A program made the position numbers and the translations under genes. The notes under the pieces were generated by a model. It had not been told where the DNA came from. It saw only the letters and a program-made list of their open reading frames with translations, and ran no database searches. A stretch of DNA of 64,000 nt from Chiloscyllium plagiosum (taxonomy: Eukaryota): contig NC_057718.1 in assembly GCF_004010195.1 (NCBI RefSeq), forward strand, positions 37,685,592 through 37,749,591, given 5' to 3'. Every line of letters begins with the position of its first letter. Positions within the stretch are counted from its first letter, which is position 1. Shown here piece by piece: positions 63,935 through 64,000 of the stretch.

Positions 63935-64000
63935 TGCTGGAAAAGCGCAGCAGGTCAGGCAGCATCCAGGGAACAGGAGAATCGACGTTTCGGGCATAAG
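63935..64000 (-). mobile_element. Family A pLTR truncated by the window edge
   Basis: tgctggaaaagcgcagcaggtcaggcagcatccagggaacaggagaatcgacgtttcgggcataag matches the left arm of the 26769 element. Confidence 0.9.

Overview
This is repeat-dense, non-coding vertebrate DNA, almost certainly from a shark or other elasmobranch (HE1-type SINEs and CR1/HER1-like LINE tails are present). I found no intact protein-coding gene; every recognisable ORF in the track is a decayed transposon fragment. Contents: many CR1 LINE fragments, single Rex1/Babar, L2/Crack-like and Tx1/L1-clade remnants, several tRNA-derived SINE families, an internally deleted Gypsy LTR element (both LTRs, tRNA-Pro-like PBS, gag, 4-bp TSD), two solo LTRs, and three Harbinger-type Myb/SANT remnants. 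The most striking feature is about 20 Penelope-like element (PLE) pieces from at least three families. They carry about 15 minimal type-I hammerhead ribozyme motifs (CUGAnGA-stem II-GAAA-palindromic stem III). Many are 120-230 bp pLTR-only, often inverted (foldback), insertions with 10-16 bp target-site duplications and an inversion point at the ribozyme. One PLE holds a ~20-copy perfect 26-bp tandem array copied from its own RT coding sequence, which resembles reiterative (telomerase-like) synthesis. A few TE-free stretches may be enhancers or an exon (low confidence). Boundaries of old elements are approximate and family names come from motif recognition, not database searches.
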